Positions 1 through 14,578 of a stretch of DNA of 64,000 bases are shown one piece after another; positions within the stretch are counted from its first letter, which is position 1, and the number at the start of each line of letters is the position of its first letter. The stretch comes from Daphnia carinata. Lineage: Eukaryota. The position numbers and the translations under genes are program-made. The notes under the pieces were generated by a model, which made no database searches, was not told the DNA's origin, and saw nothing but the letters and a program-made list of their open reading frames with translations. The stretch lies in the NCBI RefSeq assembly GCF_022539665.2, contig NC_081332.1:6262001-6326000 (forward strand), read 5' to 3'.

Positions 1-304
1 GTTTTTTTGCGCTTAAAAAAAAAAAAAAAAAAAAACGAGGACTACTATCGAAATAAGAAAAAGATCCAGTTTCATTTTGGAACAGATGGTCTCATTGTCA
101 TCTGTTCCGTCTACTCTGCTACTGTTACACTTTCATCCTTTTCACTGCTCTTTTGTTTATGACTTCAAATCTCTTATTTATTTTTTTTCTTCTTCTTTTG
201 CGGTCAATGTATGACGTCTATCAGCCAAAATTTAAAAGTACCCCAGATGGGCATGTCATCGGACACCGAGAATAATGCGGACGAGATGACCGCTCAACCA
301 TATC

Positions 305-342
<38 letters not shown>

Positions 343-511
343 CTTTTGCCTTCCGTTCCCAATTTCGATGACGTTGTTTTTTGTTTTGTCCAACACCATC
401 AGACGGTGGCAAATTGTTTTGTTTCACGGGTGAATTAAAGAAAAAACAAAACAACAACAACAACAACAAAAAAAAATGCTAACATCATCGTTCTCGCTTC
501 CTCCTTTACAG

Positions 512-2015
512 ACATCACGACGCGGGCGTGCTGAGTGTCGGCATCGATCCGAATTGGAAGCATATCGTACCGCCCGGCCAACGTAAGGTCGTCTCCGAAG
601 CTCACTGCGTTGCCGACTGCACTCAACAGGCCCTGCCTTCTCGCGGCATCAACGTCTTTGCCGTCAACCAGCACACTCACCTCCTCGGTATGCTTGTTAT
701 TCTATTCATATTATTAACTAGGCCTGCAATTTATACGTACTCCTACACGCTCTGTGTTATATCATAAAACGTAAATACTGATGTGTGCGAGCGCTCTCTC
801 TCGTGTGTGTGTGTGTGTGTGAATGGTGGGTACCCGTGATCCGTGATGGAGCCGAAGCGGGGACCCGCGCGTTTCCCATCCGTTCCACAGCGTGAAATAT
901 GGCCACGTAACGCAGTAGGTGGGTTTGGCACTCGATCGCTACACGATGGCCTGGAACCATATGAGATGCTGAAAGGTTACGAGCTTGCCACACATCGTTT
1001 GAAACGTGATCGGAACGCGTGATAATATTCGATCCGTATCCGTAGAAAGCACTTGGGGTGTTTGACGGCGGATCGTCACACTCGCATTCCAAAAAAAAAC
1101 GAGCCCCTTTTTTTTTTTAATAGCTAAAAATAAAAAAATAAATCTCCTTCGATTTCAAAGGAAGAAAAATAAAAATTTTTAAATCGAAGAAAGCTTAAAA
1201 AAAAAAAAAAAAGATGTTTGAAATTTGTTCTGGTTCAATCTGTTTGACAAATCGGCTGGGAAAAGAAAAGACGTGTCAGCTATTGGGTTGATCAACAGCT
1301 CAAAGAAAATTAAATTTTTAAAAATGAATCATGTGGAATGTTGGGGCTCTTCTTTTTTTTTTTGAGTTATGAGTGCCACCCTCCCACTAGCCGCTCAGCG
1401 CGCGCTCACACGCATACAAAAAGGCTTTTAAAACAGCGATGCGGAACATGGAACATCTTGGCGGAGGAGCTTTTTTTTTCCTTTTTTTTTTTTTTCAACC
1501 GTTATGCCTTTGAAAAAAAAAAAAATCACGTCGGTTGGAAATAGGTTAAAGCAACAACACACATACACACACACAGATAGCAGTTCATCTTCATCGTCTC
1601 TGATATCGGCCGTGTCGACTGCCGGCCAGTTTCCGTCCCCTTCGTTCGTCGCACCAGGTTTTTTTTCTCCCAACTTAATGTTACTGATTTATTGACAAAC
1701 GACTTCCGCTACCGTAAACACATACAAATATGTATAGATGTGAGGGTGGGGGACGTTTGCAACATAGGTTTTTTTTTTTTCGACGGACAACATCGACGCC
1801 CTCTTCTCCCAAGATAGATAGGAACATTTTTTTTTTTTGTTGGGGGGGGTCTTGTATCCCTCAAAAAATAAATAAATAACAAAACAAATAAGGGACGCGT
1901 TTGTTGCGGCTGCTACCGCTTGAGCTTCCGCAATGGATGCCAACTCATCAACTCGTCCGCCCACCTCTACGTCGGAAAAAAAAAAAAAGAAATTTAATTT
2001 CCTTTTCTTTATGAA

Positions 2016-2052
<37 letters not shown>

Positions 2053-4370
2053 AGAAAGAAAGAGAACAAAAGAAAGAGAACTAGCCGTTGCGTGTTGCGT
2101 GAAGGATAGCTTATTCATGAACGGCCGCCGGATTCCATTGCGCCCCCGCCTGCGTCCTCAATAAAAGCAAAAAAATTAAATCGGCCATTGAATTTTATTT
2201 TCATTTTTATTTTTATTTTTTTTTTTTCGTTTTTCGAAGTTACTACGCGAAATGATTTCAAATATAAAATGTTGGTGGGTGATCGATTTAACCTAATGTC
2301 CTTTTCTTTTTTTTTCTTTTTTTTTTTTCTTGGTTTTGTGCCGTTTTTTATTTTTTATTTCGCAGGTCGTCAGGTGCAGCTGCGTCACATTCGCGGCGAT
2401 AAGGAGCTGCCCCCGCTGGTGGACGACGCCAATTACGACGTTCACTACCAAGAATATCGACAGTTCCAGAAGCCGGTCAACGTTCTGCCGGTATGAATAA
2501 TACAGTACCTTTACATTCTGTTTGCCTTCCCATTTTTTTTTTTTCTTTTCTTTCCTTCTCGCTATTTTTCATGGCTCCCTCGTCGAAATGTGCGCGTGCT
2601 TCTTTTCCCCACTTTATTTTTATACATGTGTGTGTGTGTGTGCGAGTCCGTTTCATCCGACGATAAGTGGCACGGCTCATTCATGTGGAGGAGTCGTGCC
2701 GCCTTCTAACTAAGCCGATCGATAGCTGTCTTCCTTGGGTTTTTCTTTTTTTTTTTTTTTTTTTGCGGGGCTGTTGTTGTTGTCATGTTTTTTCTCTCTT
2801 CTACCGTGTTCCATCCTTCGGCTTTTTTTTTTTCCCTTGTAACAGCGGTCGGAAAAAAACAAACAACATTGAAAGCCGAGTCGCGGCCAGTTTGTTATTG
2901 GACCCCGAAAATAGACTGTGAGACATGTTCCGTGTGGATGTTTCATTGTCGCTCCTCTTTTGACCTTCCCCATCAGCAGCCAAAAAAAAAAAAAATAATT
3001 TTTTTATTTGAATTTTTGTCTTTTTCTCTTCTTTCTACAGGGTGACCATTTGATCAGCCAGTGCACGTACAATTCCGAGTCGAGGAGTACCATCACATTG
3101 GGTGGATTGTCAACAAGAGAGGAAACTTGCCTCGCCTATCTGCTCTATTGGCCCCGCGTCGACCTCTCCCTCTGCTACAGCCTACCCTCATTGGCCACTA
3201 TATTGCACTCACTCGGCATCCAGGAATTGCACCCGTAAGAAATTCAAAACTGTTTCTATTTACGTTTTTTTTTTTTTTGTTTTTTTTATTGCGGGGACAG
3301 CGATCGTCGGTGGGGTAGACATCGAGTTCCATTACTGAATTTCCGATGCGCACCACTGACGCCGCCGCTACAACCATACCGCCACCGCCTGTTTTTTTTT
3401 TTTTTTTATTGCTACGTGTGTCCGTCATAGTAAAGCGGAATGTTTTTAAAAAAAATTTTATTTGACTTTCGTTTCGGAATAACAGCGGATCGGATCCTGT
3501 GAGGATTAAATCGCCGCCAGAATTGGCTGACCAGACGGTTGAAGAGAGGCTCATCACTTTTGACTGGGATAAAAATTTTCACACGTTCCAGGAAGCCACT
3601 AGGCGTGGAGCGTTCCGCCCCCTTTGCTGGGGCAAAACTCAAGCTCTTATCGACGTAAGTTTTCATTTTCTTTTTTTACCGTCCCATTTGAATTGAATCG
3701 CAATCAGAAAGGCTAAAATGGAATGTTTCCAATTTTTTAGGGATCGACAGCGCCTGACTATTACGCACCCAACGCCACCCAACCTTTACCGGAAGCCGAT
3801 CCAGCAGTATGTGCTCCTCGTGGAACGCTTCCTCCGCGACCGGCCACGGTGGCCAAGACGCCGCACAGAAAGAACGTCAACGGCGGAGCAGCTGGCCAGC
3901 CGGGCGTCCAGCGGAATCGAACAGTCACAACGACCAGCGCGCCGGTGACAGTTCCAGCTATGACAACAACAACAACAGCGAACAGCCGCGTGCCATCCAT
4001 CACGGCTGGCCGGCCTTCGTTATCGCACGAAAGTAACGGTCAAGTGAACAACGGCCACGTGGCCTCTGTTTGGGGTCAGGGCGCTTCGTTGAACCACGAG
4101 AAACTTGGCCCGCCGCCATCGTCGGTGATGATCGAGACGCCGTTGAACGACGTCGTTCATTTGCACAACTCACCAGCAGCCACCCAGGAGACAACGGCCA
4201 GCCAGGAGTTAAGTAGCCGTCGAGCCTCAGTGATGCAGAGTTCGTCCGAGTCGACGGCCCCCCGACTAGGCTCCTTCACCATTATCCTAATTGCCTTGTG
4301 TTGTACATACTTGCACAACAGTGTATGGGCCAGCTGCAGCTGTTCCAGCAGCAGCAGCAGAAGCTTATAA
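512..4370 (+). CDS. MOXD1: DBH-like copper type II ascorbate-dependent monooxygenase (MOXD1 family, resembling insect MOXD1 homolog 2/olf413); 5'-partial. Exons 512-687, 2366-2490, 3041-3234, 3486-3654, 3741-4370
   Basis: GT-AG exons splice in frame to DAGVLSVGIDPNWKHIVPPGQ...HTHLLG|RQVQLRHIRG...NYDVHYQEYR...|GDHLISQCTYNS...GGLSTREETCLAYLLYWPR, the C-terminal Cu-monooxygenase domain; ends in a Ser/Thr-rich stalk and hydrophobic tail, TAA at 4368-4370. Confidence 0.9.
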
Positions 4371-7300
4371 ACTTGGCTCCTCTTGGTTGCTTCTTAGTAT
4401 TGCGACTACGATTACTACTCTGACTCTTATAGAAAGAGAAACGGACTGTCCCTGGGTTTAGTTTGAAAGGGGGTAGGTTAAAAAAAGACGGCCCGAAAAA
4501 GGAGACAAGCTGGACCCTGTGTCGGTTGTCATGTCTTTTGTATTGTGCCCTGTCTATCTCCCTCTCTCTCGCGATTTGTGTGTGTGTGTGTCTGTCTGTG
4601 TGTTTGTGTGTAGACGGTGTATGTTTGCGCTTGGCTATTTATTCGTCGTTACGTGAAGGCGTAATGCAAATAGCGGCCAAGTATGAAGGGGTCCGCTACC
4701 AATAAGTCGAGTCTGGAAGCGAAGGAGAGTGGCTGGCCAAGTTGGACAAAAGGAAGAAGAAAATCATAGAGCACGCAAACAAGAAGGACACACGCAGTTA
4801 GTACACGACACAAGAGTTATATCTAATCATACACGTACATATATGTAACAACAAACTTCCCCCCTCCCCCCAAAACTATCCCCTCCTCCCGCTTTTGCCA
4901 TACGTTATATTCTTCTACTCCCTCCCTCCCACCTACTCCCTCTCACTCCTCTTGCCTTCCTTGTTCGTCCCTAGTTTTTTTTATTGTGTTGGACGTCCGC
5001 GTGTAACCCGAACCACGCCCCACCCCGCATCTCTCGTGTTGTGTGTCCCCCACTCGGCGTTCGACATTCAAAAAAAAGAAGAAGAGAATAAGTGACCATA
5101 GTACTATAACAAAAAAAAAAAAAAAAAGAAAAGGTTAAATGCCAAGTGCCATACTGTTCATATTTGTATATAGATATAGAAAGAGAGAGAAAGCCTCGTA
5201 TGAGAGACACGTAATGATGCACCGTTGGCTCCCTTTTTTTTTTTTTTTTTTTGGATTGATTTTTGATCATTCTAATAATAACTATTAGCTATTCGCTCTT
5301 GATTGGCGTGTTCCTTATTTTATACTAGACCCTCCCCCTCCACTGACAAAAAGAAAACTGATGCCCCTCGTGGAAAAATCTCGACACTGTCATCCTTTGA
5401 AAATGTCAATAGTTATTGTATTGACTGTCACACAGTAAGCAATGTAAATGTACGTAAAAGAAAAAAGAGTGAAAAAAAAAAAAAAAAAGAAAAGATTAAG
5501 ATTTTTATGCTCGCACTGGAATTATTAAAAACATGAAATTGTTGTTTGTATTTTTCAATGTCGCCCCATGTCTTTTATTTGTGCGTTATTCTGCCCTCCC
5601 AACTCTGTCACTCCCAAAGTCGTTTTATTTCTTTTTCGCTCTCCCTTCCTATACATATTATACATATACATAAACTATGCCAATAGACCTGTGAAATGAG
5701 ATATAAGAATACAAGATTAACTCGGACTTGTATAATTTCACAACTAAAAATCACACACGACAAAGAGCGCAATAATGTGCACAGGGGGGGGGGGGGGGGG
5801 CGGACAATGAGGGTAGGAGAGCGAGGGCAATCGGATGGCAGATGAGAAATTTCATTATTTGGCGACAAGGGCGGGGGGGGGGGGAGGTTGGATTTTCTTT
5901 TTAAAACACAATAAGGTCCTGTCGACGAGATGAATAATATATATGGGTGACGGCGGTAACGGAAAAAGACGAGACAAACCAACCCCTACGCGCGCGGCCC
6001 AATGACAGCATGAATTAGCGCTGCGATTGTGTGCTGGGCTTGGTGCGAACGCGCGAGGAATTCCTTCCGTGATTGCTGCCTGCCGACCAGCCAGTTCGTC
6101 TGGCTCTTTATAAAAAAAAAAAAAAAAAGGACCGGCTGCTAGACGTCATTCTTCGTATAGAACATTTGGCACACAAACGATGATGGCGTCATCGTGGATC
6201 CGTCAAAGGAGGACCCCGCGCCATGACTGCCGTTGAATATTATTTGAAAAACAAAAAAATTAAAAAAACGGAGTGGAGGAGGAAGCAAAAATTCCGCGAG
6301 TCTTCTCCCCCGATGGGACCATCCGTTGGTTGACGACTCAATCGCAACTACTAACCCCCCTAGCACGCCGGAAGAAGTGCCGGTCGCTTTTCAAGTTGAT
6401 GGAACGTTGAAAATGTTCTATAACTCTTCTTCGCTCTGCTCCATGTGTGTCTGGGACGCTGTCTCTCTCTCACTCTCTCTCTCTGTCGTGCGCTGCTGGA
6501 AGTGAATGCGTGTTCGTTCATTTGGCCAGCCATCAAAGAGAAAGGCGTTGACGTGAACATCACCGGCCATTCGTTCGAATCTAATTGAAATACGCATCAA
6601 CTATCCATTATCATACTTTCGCCCATCATCTCGCAAGGCTTGAGTTTCAACGGTGACCTGCTATTCTGTAAAGTGGCGGCTCTCCTTTTGGGCGAGTCTC
6701 CCCATCTTGCAGCGCAGAGACTAGATTACAAAAGCGATGCAATTCCAAAAGGTTTACATTACAACGTCCTGATTGTGAGGCCAAGCGAAATTTCGGGTAC
6801 ACTGCCATCTTTACGGGAGGCCTCCTCGTCTTCGTTTTGCCATTCGTTGCATGACTTTCCGATGCATCAAATCCGTTTTGAAAGGTAAAAACTTAACACA
6901 CACACACACACACACGCACACACACACACACACACAAAAAAAAAAGAAAAGGAGGAATAGATGGCGTCGTGCGTCTCGCATTTGACTTCTGCTCGTGTTC
7001 GGCTTCCACAAAACTTCCCATCTCATTTGCATTCAAATCGAAGCACACATCTCCGAAAACGTACCCGATCGCCCGTTGAGGGGGCGCCGCAGATGCGTCT
7101 GTGTGTTTGTTATTGGGGCGTGCTATAGCTTATGCGCGTGCGGTAGTAACAACAACCGAAAAAAACGACACGACCGTTCGAGTTGTGATGCTGTTCAACA
7201 ATTTTTTTTTTTTTTTCTTTCACCGAAAATTCGAAAACGTTAAGAAGAAAGAAGTGTGCACCATCATCATCATCATCGTTTCCAATTGCCTCGCACGCAC

Positions 7301-8140
7301 GCACACACACGGAAGGCCCTGTTTCAGCTGCGAAAAAAAAAATAAATAAAAAGGGGCTACTCTACTTGTCCGTATATTCACGTCATATATTTTATATTGT
7401 AAAGACATTGGTGTGGTGTCTACCGGTTGAAATAGAAAAGGGCTTTTTAAGCTCCTATGGGGGACGGTGGCGCGAGCGCGAAGAGAGAGAGAAACGAGAG
7501 AGTAATTAAGATCTCATACGAGATTCCGTCGATTCATCCGACGGCCAACTACGACGGCGGCTTTTTTCCACGTGCAGGAGCCAGCGGCCTCGTACAACTA
7601 TCCAGCATCAGCACACAATAGTTTTTGTCGATGATGAATAGAAGTGTGGTTTAGCAGCAGCCGCCCTTTTACCACTCTTTGCCTTATTTTTTTGTTTTTT
7701 TATTCCCTATTCTATTTTCGGCAGCTTTCGAGCGTCTTAGCGACTCGCGTTAGTCGGCCTGGAAAACTCTCCCAATCTCCCGACACCGTCACCGTTATCT
7801 ATAATAATAAGTACCAAATCATCAAAGAGTCTCTGGCTCTTTCTTGTTCGTTTCTTTTCTTTTCTTTTTTTTTATTTCCCTTCGGGCCTCATTCGTCGAT
7901 CGAGGCCCCGCAGTTATCCACTCCACTTCGTTAGAGGCTCTCTAACCGCCAGGTCCTACAAGTAATCATGGAAAAATGTTGTTTCTAGTTTGCTCTCTTT
8001 TTTTTTTTTCAAATTTACAATCGAAAAAAACAAGGCAAAACAACAACTACCCCCTCTGAAAAAAATACGAAAAAAAAAAGTTAATTGCTGTAACCTTAAC
8101 TTATGGGCTTCTAAAGATGTAGGAGATGACGTGTCCGTTC

Positions 8141-8442
8141 ATCATCCATCATCCCTGGTATCGACGAAGAACACATGCTTTTTTCATTTTGATTTTTTTT
8201 GTTTTTTACCTTTTTTTTTCTGGCAAAAAAAAAAGATAAATTAGAGGGATCGTCTTCTTTTTCTTAGAGCCGCAAAGGTACCCATGGCTACGACTACGAT
8301 CACGTTTGTGCCGAACAGCTCTATCCCTTTCTCCGTGACAGATGAGGCTTCGTTTTGGTAAACAACACTTCCTCCCATTATCCCTTATTACGTTTATTTG
8401 CATCATCGGGACAGTAGAGTACAGATCACCTTGCGAGCACCT

Positions 8443-8484
<42 letters not shown>

Positions 8485-9190
8485 ATTCCAAAGTGTTGTT
8501 TACAAAAGCAGACAGAAACTGTGTGGGGCTCGATGTTTTGTCGTCTTCAATAAAGAAAACCCAACGACGTGCATTAGGTGAGTCGCACATTGGATGCATT
8601 GATCTTACATTGAGAACCTAAGGAATCGTGACTAATGTGGTGTGCACTCGTTGCTTTGACTAGGCAAACCAGTTCCACGTATCCATGTAGACAGACAGCA
8701 TCCCATGTATTTCGTTGCGTTTCAAGTAAGCATACCGTTCCCCTGATTATTCTCTTCATTTGGACAATCTTTTTTTTTTTTTTTGCGTTGCCCTGACTGG
8801 TGCTAGAATTTGTAAGACGGCGGACATTGACACTCTCCGTATTTCATTCGGTATAGCTATTCATCATGTGTTCCACCTGTTTTATTAGCACTTCATCGGG
8901 CGTTAGATGTAATTAATCGAAACTTTCTGACCAGTTTAAAGAAAAGAAAAACAGAAAAAAGAATTGTTCCTTTAAAATGGATGATGTGCCTGTAATCATC
9001 CATCATCCCTGGTATCGACGAAGAACCTACTTTTCCTTTGGGATTTTTTTATTTTTCCTTTTTCTTTTCTGGCAAAAAAAAACAGAAAAAAAACGAAAGA
9101 AGACAAAATAGAGGGATCGTCTTTTTCATTTTTTTTTTTTTTTTGGCCAACGAAGCCGATGTGTGCGGCAAAGGTAGCCACGGCTACAAC
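8141..9190 (+). repeat. Diverged direct repeat, two copies (~8141-8293 and ~8995-9190)
   Basis: Identical 32-mer ATCATCCATCATCCCTGGTATCGACGAAGAAC at 8141 and 8995, followed by colinear TAGAGGGATCGTCTT and GCAAAGGTA.CCA.GGCTAC blocks. Confidence 0.8.
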
Positions 9191-12100
9191 CCATGTAGTC
9201 TTCGATGCCGGCTCATCACTTCAGCTTGTAGGTTATCTGTTGAACATCACAAACGGAAGGATCTAATTCCCTGCCCTCTCTCTGCCTCTCTTGTTCGTGT
9301 TTCTGAGCAGCCGATTCGGGGTCGATTTTCGAGTTGCTCGGCTCCGTTCAATCAAAACAACAACAAACAGACAACACACGAGGAACTTGAAACGAGATGT
9401 GTGCAAGACGAGGCCCCGAGAAAATTGCGCTTTATGTGTTATCTTAAATGCATAAGAGGCCCCATTTTTACGGATGGCTGCCCTTGACTAACCGGGTGGT
9501 TTCCATCAATTATTCTGCGTTTAAGACAGATGACCATAGGCCAATAGAACAACTTGTCTTATGCATCTTGTACAACAGCGAGACGAGAGGGTAATTGAAC
9601 ATTTAGAAAATTGCTTCGAGCTTGTTCTTGGGGGTTTACTTCATCTCTTTTTTTTTTTTTTTTTTTTTTTTCGTTTTAATTTAATGACCTTTCGCTTTGA
9701 AAGTTGTCTCGTACAAGACCAGAGTGTAGTTGCACAGTGACAGGGGTAACAAAGCAATGTCAGTTGGCAATTAAGAACTATGGGAGAGCGAGTTTTTGCC
9801 GAAAAGGAAGAAATATGTCAACGAAATGTTACCGCAACAGTAAAGAAATGCAGGTGTTTTTTTTTTTGTTTTTGCCGCATTTTTTTGTCGTGAGCTGGAA
9901 GGTCTTTTGAACGTGAGAGTTTGACAGTAGCCCGCAGCGGCAGTCCCCCTCCCACCAAAAAGCATTGATCAAAAAAAGGCACGTTTTTTTTTGTTTTTTT
10001 TTTCAAATGATAAGTGACGAAAGTCAAACACTCAGAGCCGGTTCTTTTATTTCTCTCCGTTTCAGGATGTGATGTATAATAACCTTGCATGCCATTCACC
10101 ATTTTCGTGTGGGAATTCAGAGTCAGTTAAAAGCGTAATGAAAAATTTAACAACAACAACAACAACAAAAAAAACAACAGCGAAAGGGAGAGCTGCCGGG
10201 GTTGTTTGGGCGAAACTCAGAAGAGAAACAAAAAACAAAGTCGAGACAGTTGTGAGCACGACGAATGATCAATGAGGTGAGAGCAATTTGGCCAATGCTA
10301 TCACCTTACATTAAGGCTTGTGAAAGCCACGGTTCTTAATTCCTCCCCGCATATGAGCAAAAGGCAAAAGGCTATTTTCACTCTGAACTATTTCAACATT
10401 AGTTCCCTTTGTGCGTGAGAGTGGAACCAAGTGGAGTGAAAAGCTCGTGGAATTATATTAAAAAGTAGGGCGTCTTATCTCGACCGAGCTATCGAGCGTC
10501 TAATTATTCGTTCCACGGCTTTAGGGCTACCTACCTCTACCGACCGGACGGGCATTTTTTTTTTTTTTTTTTTTTTTTTTTTAGTTGGCCTAAAGTTGTG
10601 AGACAGAGCAGCCGCCGGGTACCACTGCATATGCACATGCAGCCCCAAAAAATCTTAAATACTATCGGCCCCTTTTTTTTATCCCTGCGCCAGACTTTTC
10701 AAAGATCTTAAACTGAGATGGCGTGAACGTAATCGGCCCGCCGCTCCTCTTTTTTTCTTCTTCTTTTACAATTGATCACGGTCTCGTTTCAAAAGGCAGC
10801 CCCGGCTCATAGAAACGGGGCCTTTAAAGGCACCGTATTTACGAGGAGAACAGTCCAAGTCAATAGGAGCCCTTCTAGATTTCCAGTCTCTCTAAATAAA
10901 TAGATGGGATTTTCGGCGAGCTCTATGGTTTTGGCCGTGGGACAATGTTGATTCAGTTGACTCGAGATGTTATATACGACTCGCCCGTGTGTGTGTGTGT
11001 GTAGCTCACAAGATCTTTGTTGTTAGTAGAGCTTTCGTAGGAAAACACGACACAGCTATTACAGGGGCCAATAGCGAGAGGAGGTCGAACTAATGGGAGC
11101 GAAAACTGGCGAGAAAGTACTCACCCGTCACATCAAGAATGGACATAATTGAACGTTGATGATGGCTAACGGATATGAACGGTCCATACATCAAACAATA
11201 GCCAATGTTGTGACGCAGAGAAGCATGTAATATTTCCGGCGGGCGACGAAAACGATGGCCAAGACTTTCCAGCGGGAAATTCAATCTGCTGCGTTCAGTC
11301 TTTGGTCTTCTTGTACAAGCTCTCGGGGGTGGAGGAAGGTTAATCGAAAAAAGGCCGAAGAAATGGAAGATTTATAGCTTGGAAACTTTTTTTTTTTTTT
11401 TTTTTTTTTTATTGATCACATGTTAGAAATGGAAAGGGAAGAAGAGAAAAAAAAGCGATGGCCTAAAATAGCGAGATCGCATCAAATGGGAGGAAAAGGA
11501 GGGGCAGGCCAATCGGGACGGAGAGGACCAAACCCAGTCTTTAACTCGATTCCAGTTTCATGCATCCGAGCTGTGATGTGAATCGATCGATCCCGTAAAG
11601 ACCTCACTTCCCCCATCAATAGGCAAGCCCGTTTTTCGCCTCCATTTCTATCCATTCGACACCTCCCTTTGTAAACTGGAGGGAGCCATTTGCGGATGGA
11701 TATAGCAGTGACAGTCTTCTCCCTATCTGAGAGAGCTGGGCAAAAATATATATAAAAAAAAAAAAAAAAGGAGCGTGTGACGAGGCCCGGTGAGAACTAA
11801 GGGTTGAGGTCAAGTCCGACTGCGCATCTGAATTCTTGATGCATTATAAGCACTCTCAGATATCAAAGGGGTTTCCCCCCCCCCCCTTCCCTAACTTTCT
11901 TTCTACTTCCATTCCATTTTCTGGTGCCTTACGCATCTTCCCCCCCCCCCCCCCCACACACACACGGACTGCTGCTCCCGGCTCATCAGTAAAAGCTATC
12001 GAGGACATAATGAGATCCTCTTTAGATCCTTCAGTTCTCTTCTCTTCGTTCGCTTGCGTCCTTGATCCAGCTTTTATGTTTTCCACGTCTATCTAGCTAT

Positions 12101-14401
12101 GCCAACAGGAGCCCTGGAAATAAAAGCAAAAGAGAGTATCCAGTCGGGGGTGTAGGAGAGCTTCTTCTTTCCACCTCCCCTCCTCCCACACACTGTAAAT
12201 ACTAGATTTTCCGTTCTATAGTGATCGACCATTGAGCGCATTATGTCTTCACGTTCATTTTTCCATCTCTTTTCTTTTTTTTTTTTTTTTTTTTATTCTT
12301 TCTTTTTACGAGCAGTATTTATTTGGTACATGTTTCTCTACGTGTGCCTTAATATGCTCGTTTCCTACGTAAAGTGGCAATCCGGAAGAGGAAGACGCCG
12401 ACAGCCAGCAACAGCCGCAAGCACATCCTCAAGCTAATACTCGTTTTCGACGGAAGTTCCTTCGTTTGCCTGCCAGTCAGCTAACTGATGGCTTAGAGGA
12501 CGAAATAACGCTAGAATAACACTGTATTATTTATAGCGCAAAACAGCGTGTTTAGGTTCACTGTGTATATTTATCCGTTGTAAGTTTCTTACTCTCTTTT
12601 ACTGATTGCAAGGCCATTTTCGGTGTAATTTGTAGGGGGGGTTGGTAGTCCTCGCGGTGTGAGACTAACAGCGAGAGCAGAAGAGTAGTAAGAGGTTGGC
12701 AACTGTCTAACTCGTCGCTCCTTAAGTAGGATTCATTGCCAATCGGGCGGCAGTAAATCGTCGAACGGCTGACGCGCTCACCATACGTGCCTCTTTTTCT
12801 GACGTCGCACATCGTGGGTCTGGACTCCATCCGTCAGCAGCTACATTACTAGCACAATATACACACAGCCCTTACGGAGAGACTCAACTGTACACACCTT
12901 TCGGCTGTTTCGAGCCCCATATATATATGGTAGATATATATACAAGTGCTTTTTGGAGCTCAACTAATCCGACCTCTCTGCTCGATGATAATGGGGCTGT
13001 TTGGGATACACGGAACTCGTCTGACTTTGCTCGCCCTTCTTTTGCTTTTTTCCGCCTATGGATTTTATTTGATTTTCTTCCTCTTTTTGCTTCTTATTTT
13101 TACGATGCTCGAAATGTCTCTCGTCACTGTCGGCGTGCGAGCTCCTGTTAACGGCCGTCAACATCTTTCAACCCCCTTACCGCCCCTCGTCTTGGTCGCC
13201 TTTGAAAAAAAAAAAAAAATTTTGACGGCATCTGAGATTGTCGCCAACTACCGAGGCAGATTTTTCTTCCTTTTCTTATACTTTTATGCTTCTCTGCTCC
13301 TCATCCTTGTAAATGGGATGGAGGCCAAAAAATATTGTAATGAGATTCAGCCGCGGCGTGTATGCAAATTGTGCAACCTGCGCGCATCTTCTACTAGGCA
13401 GCGCGTGACGTAGTACAAGATTCGTATTAAATAGCCACCAGTGGGTGGCTGCAAATTTTCAAATGAAAGATTGAAGTGTACTATTTATTTGAATTTTGAA
13501 TGAACGAAAAGAAGAAGAAAAAATAAAGGTCAATTTCGGCCTTCGTTTCAGTCAGCGCTGGCTCCTGCTGCCGTGAAGTGATGAACTATCGGCTCGTGCT
13601 GTTTGGAATCCACGCAGATTGTATGCATAAATGATAAGTTTAGATTTCCCTGCGCGTTTCTGTCGTCAAGCACAATATCGCGCTCGGCTCACATCTGGGG
13701 CGTTTTCTGAACACCACAGCTAAAGTAAAGCAACAACAGATTTCTTCATATCTATTTTGACATTCCGTACACAGTCACAAATAGGATAAGTAATATGGGC
13801 CGCCTGTTCTGGCAGTGTGTTTGCTGTCAGACCTTACAATCTAACGTGGCGAAGGACATATATGCGACATGTTGCCGTGCTAGATCAACCAGCCATTGGG
13901 GAATCGGTGAATGAATTTATCAAGCTCTTGAACCGATCAAGTCATTTATTCTATGCCATCTGTTCGCAGCCATAGTATTGGTCGACATATTTGACAGGCA
14001 TTGGCTGCCCTGTATAAATGCAGCATAAAAGAAAGATGTGGTATGGGGGGGAGGTAGTCTTGGCCTTGCAGACCCGTACAATAATGCAGAACTGAGTCGT
14101 TGGAATTAGCCATCTGGTTACGAATGCTATTGATTATTGAAAAGAGCGAGCGAGAAGGGGAGCGAGAAGTCACAACATTAGCGATGAGAGGAACTTGATT
14201 ACCCAATGGCTGTCGAATTGACTCGTAACAATAAAGACAATTTGCGACGGATGGCATAAATTTCCTTAACTTTTTTGGTCGTCGTATCGTTCTTAAGCAG
14301 TTTTTTTTTTTTTTTTTTTTTTTAATCTGCCATTTGCGATTGCGTTCGCCAAAATGTTTGTCAACTTAGTTGCTACAGTTCGTACCATTACTGTAATACG
14401 G

Positions 14402-14565
14402 TATGGCAATCCGTTTTACCCCCAAAAAAAAAAAAAAAATATCGGCCTTTTTTTCTATTTCACTGCTACCGCCATCTATCGGTTGGTAGGAGTAAAACAG
14501 AAAGTAAGGCTGATATTTATATTTTATAGGGGGGGGGGGGGGTGGGAGGAAAACGGGTTGCCATA
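14402..14565. mobile_element. 164-bp MITE-like element of the TATGGCAATCCGTTTT terminal-repeat family
   Basis: TATGGCAATCCGTTTT at 14402 and imperfect reverse complement AAAACGGGTTGCCATA ending 14565. Confidence 0.6.
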
Positions 14566-14578
14566 CATTGCATCAGAC

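Noticed and set aside
13433..13450. Palindrome AGCCACC-AGTG-GGTGGCT, CTCF-like
   Set aside because: A single short motif with no supporting context
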